DNA of 40,705 nt, from positions 169,848,492-169,889,196 of the forward strand of contig NC_068982.1 in the NCBI RefSeq assembly GCF_001194135.2, read 5' to 3'. Positions within the stretch are counted from its first letter, which is position 1. Each line of letters opens with the position of its first letter. Under the pieces are notes generated by a model. It did not search any database and had not been told where the DNA came from. It saw only the letters and a list, made by a program, of their open reading frames with translations. This document shows, piece by piece, positions 37,121-40,705 of this stretch. The stretch comes from Octopus bimaculoides. Its lineage: Eukaryota. The position numbers and the translations under genes were made by a program.

Positions 37121-37836
37121 TAATCTTAAATTAAAAACCACAAATCTTGCAATTATAACTACTCAGATTTTCTAGGTTGAAATAACAACTTATACCGCCA
37201 TTTATCAAGGGAGATAACCAGCATTACAATAATTTGATGTCAAGGAGACGTTAACCAGATGTTGACGGTTTACTAAGTGTGTGGTGGTCTACTTTTAAAT
37301 TCCGGCAGGATGTATTTTTTAAAATGTGAATATGAAAGAAAATCTCAATCCAGGAATTTATGTATTCGTTGGAAGTTCTCAATTGTTTTAGCAGATACAC
37401 TCTTTCAAGCGAATGCACTGAATATTTTTTTAGATCCGTTAATATAGAGTCTGGATTTAGAAAAGATTTTGAACATGATATCGAAATTGGTTTCTTCGTC
37501 TTTAAAATTCCAGGGTTTTTGAATGTCTCTTATCACGGTACCTAAAATTCGAAAGATGGTTATTATATCTAGATTTAAATTTTCCTTCCACGGCTCCGAT
37601 ATGACGTTTGATATTTGTACGACCATTGTCACACTCTTGTCCCAGAATTGTCCGTTGCTTAATATTAGGACTAGAAAATGTAACTTTTATTGTGTCTGTT
37701 AAACGATATCTGCTCAAAAGACAACTGACAATCAGTTTTACTTTCAGCTTGATGAACGACGGAATAAATTAATATTTCTACCAGGAAACCCTGGGTAGCT
37801 GTAATTGCAAGATTTATGGTTTTTAATTTAAGATTA
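37121..37836 (-). mobile_element. Penelope-like element remnant: GIY-YIG fragment bounded by 63-bp inverted repeats
   Basis: Minus strand HIGAVEGKFKSRYNNHLSNFRYRDKRHSKTL / KDEETNFDIMFKI..SKSRLYINGSKK; 37121-37183 vs reverse complement of 37774-37836 match 54/63. Confidence 0.8.
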
Positions 37837-37942
37837 TCTTTACGCTTTTAGCTGATCAAGTGCTTTTCTACTTATATATTTACATATATTTTTACATATA
37901 TATTTACATATATTTTTACATATATATTTACATATATTTACA

Positions 37943-37982
<40 letters not shown>

Positions 37983-38010
37983 TATGTATTTTTATACACA
38001 CACATATAGT

Positions 38011-38720
38011 CTTTCTTTTATTCTTTTACATGTTTTAGCCCTAAGTCTGTGGTCGTGATGGAGCACCACCAGTGTAACCATCTTTTCAATGGCCAAATTT
38101 ATGTGATCGGCTTTTTGTGAAGGAGGGAGTGTGACACTGCTGCCCTCATTTGAATCTTCTGCCTTGATATTGGTTCATCTGGAACCTTGGATAACGAGAG
38201 GTCAAGTTGTTTCTTGCAAACATTTACTCCCACTCCATGAAGGTCCCTCATATATGGTTCTCACTCTAGATGAGATAGCTGTGACCTTTGGAAAAGTGCA
38301 GTGATGTCCAGTTCAGGAGCTGGTATAGCTCTCGATAAAGTTTGGTATCAGTCCCTCCAGGATCTTCCATACATATATCACTGCATATCCCCCCAGTCTT
38401 CGCTCTAGGGAGTAGATTCGTAACACCTTTAGTCTCTCTCAGTAGCTCAGCTGCTCCACTGATACAATCTTCCTGGTGTATCACTATTGAACTGCTTCAA
38501 GTTTTGCTATCAACTTGACACTGTGGAATGACCACAGTTGAGAGTAGTAGTCCAGACGGCAGAGTAAAATTGTCCTCCATGGAACCAGCATAGTTTCCTG
38601 GTCCCTTGTTTTAAAGGTTCTCAGAATCCATCCAGCCATACGCCTATACGCTGCTACCAACTTGGTAATATGTTTTTGAAAGGAGGTATTGTTGCTCATA
38701 TCAATTACCATATCAGACAC
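38011..38720 (-). mobile_element. CR1/L2-group LINE 3' end including 3'UTR and tail
   Basis: MSNNTSFQKHITKLV..AGWILRTFKTRD..RLDYYSQLWS..KLEAVQ, LSY*ERLKVLRIYSLERR, LSKVPDEP..RAAVSHSLLH; tail aaaagaataaaagaaag. Confidence 0.85.
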
Positions 38721-38723
38721 ACT

Positions 38724-38754
<31 letters not shown>

Positions 38755-38869
38755 CACAGATACACACACAGTCACACGCACACACATGTATGTATACATG
38801 TATACATATACATACATGCATAAATACAAATGCACACATATTTAAGTATACATAGTAATAAAGACTCAA

Positions 38870-38967
38870 TACCTTGCGGTATGTGTCTCAGCTCTCTCTG
38901 CCGTCTGGACCGAAATTCCACCGAAGTCATATTTGCCTTTCATTCCTCTAGTACCGATAAGAATATT
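38870..38967 (+). mobile_element. Old family A SINE fragment (host of the next insertion)
   Basis: aaattccaccgaagtcatatttgcctttcatt matches the family A body. Confidence 0.6.
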
Positions 38968-39180
38968 CTTCTCTTCTCTAGGCACAAGGCCCGAAATGTT
39001 TGGGAATGGGGCCAGTCGATTAGATCGACCCCAGTACACGACTGGTACTTAATTTATCGACCCCGAAAGGATGAAAGGCAAAGTCGATCTCGGTGGAATT
39101 TGAACACAGAACATAACGGCAGACGAAATACCGCTAAGTACTTTGCTCGGTGTGCTAACGTTTCTGCCTGCTCGCTTCCT
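38968..39180 (-). mobile_element. SINE family A with 19-bp TSD
   Basis: tagtaccgataagaatatt at 38949-38967 and 39181-39199. Confidence 0.9.
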
Positions 39181-39321
39181 TAGTACCGATAAGAATATTA
39201 CTTATCCAATCAGATAGATACGGCATATTGTTAGCGCGAATGACAATATGTATTTTTGTGTCTGTTCCCACCTTCGGATTGCAAGTTAAAATTCCATCTG
39301 TTACAAGCGGTTTCCTCTTAC

Positions 39322-39435
39322 TGGGAAATAGAGACCCTTGGCGATTGACCTTTGGCGATGTGTTGTGAAGCAACGTGTCGATTTGATTGGGCCAATAGCT
39401 CGATGGCATCCATATGCATGAATGCGGATTCTGTG
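39322..39435 (-). CDS. Candidate 114-bp internal exon of an unidentified host gene
   Basis: Acceptor gctaattcttatcccccttcAG, donor GTAAGA, length divisible by 3, no stops in any minus frame, GC above background; no protein recognised. Confidence 0.35.
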
Positions 39436-40476
39436 CTGAAGGGGGATAAGAATTAGCATAGAATATCTCATATGCTGAAATATAGACCATCACAAATGAT
39501 GCCACACCTTTTTCTCAAAACGATCTATTTTTTTTTACTTCCTTTTAGGTTCTTTGATTGATATTTTGAGCAAGTCAAGTGACACCATAAAATCTTATTT
39601 GCTTGGCAGGCAAATATGCGAGAGGAGAATGATAACGTAAGTCATCTTGAAATTTGTGTTGTTGACAATGATGATGATGTTGTTATTGCTTTCGCTGATA
39701 TAGTTGTTGTTTTTACAGTTGTTTTTTTTTGTTACTGTTATTCTTATTGAAGCTGTTATCGTTGGTTTCTATTTGGTGTTGGGGACGGCATCAGCGACGT
39801 TAGTAGTTGTGTTAATAGTTGTGGTGGTAGTGGGAAAGGGGTAAAGAGAAATTGGGTTTTGTGAAGAATTCCATTTACCTTCACGTGTTGATTCAAATGA
39901 AACATGATATGGTGGATATTTCGGGAGACAATCAGTGACATGTAATAATAACATTTGGCCTCAAGGTAGACTTCTAACATAAGTTGTTTGTAATTTTCTT
40001 TTTTCTCTCTCTCTCTCTCGCTCTCTCTCTCATTTTCTGCTCCTATCTCTATCACACACAAAGTCTTTCTGTCTCACTTTGTGTTTATTACCGAACCTGT
40101 CTACTTGCGTGTCACAAAATCTATTTTACACTCTTCACACGCTTCAAACCCTCTTACTGTTTCACTCTCACTTTAGCTTTTCGTTTGTGTCTATGATATG
40201 ACGGTCCGTTTTATTTCTTTATTCCTCAACACTAACCTTTCATTCTGCTGCTGACTTAATCACTCTTCTTCCATCTCTGTCTTGCTATATTTGCAGCTTT
40301 AACCCTTCCAGATGCCTCGCTGATGCTCCGCCACTATTTACTTATATCTTACCATCTCACTTTCCCTTTTACTAGTTGTCTGTTTGATTCCTACTCGAAT
40401 GTATATTACATATCCATACATTACTTTTCCGTCTGCCTTTATTTTATTATTTCAATATAAGTTTCTTTATGTTAGT

Positions 40477-40583
40477 ATAGTGGCACTCCGTCGGTTACGA
40501 CGACGTGGGTTCCAGTTGATCCGATCAACGGCACAACCTGCTCGTGAAATTAACGTGCAACTGGCTTAGCACTCCACAGACAC
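40477..40583. mobile_element. Fragment of a fourth interspersed repeat (SINE-like)
   Basis: cactccgtcggttacgacgacg.gggttccagttgatccgatcaacgg...gtgaaattaacgtgcaa; GC-rich block I recall as a common octopus repeat (recall only). Confidence 0.5.
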
Positions 40584-40658
40584 AGCTGTATGTATATATA
40601 TATGTATACATTTTTGTATATATATAGATTTATGCATGTAGATATACGTATACATTTT

Positions 40659-40705
<47 letters not shown>

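Noticed and set aside
37865-37945. Repeated tatatttacatatattttt units
   Set aside because: Degenerate (TA)n-derived minisatellite with no further structure.

Overview
AT-rich, gap-ridden eukaryotic scaffold. The SINE families, (TA)n/(CATA)n/(ATT)n microsatellite load and retroelement mix point to an octopus genome (inferred, not verified). I can support no intact protein-coding gene, rRNA, true tRNA or CRISPR array; nearly all long ORFs in the track are microsatellite or N-gap artefacts. Explainable content is decayed mobile DNA: R4/Dong-like, HERO-like and a third RLE-type LINE family, Tx1/L1, CR1/L2 and RTE-like fragments, Penelope-like (PLE) ends, two Tc1/mariner remnants and four SINE families. 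Best leads: (1) several minimal type-I hammerhead ribozyme folds in PLE termini, with compensatory changes in stem III; (2) a near full-length Dong-like LINE whose endonuclease segment is inverted; (3) a SINE/LINE pair sharing a 3' tail; (4) a 114-bp minus-strand exon candidate suggesting the window is intronic. I find no convincing undescribed system; the hammerhead set is the strongest lead and fits a known PLE phenomenon. All alignments and folds were done by eye.
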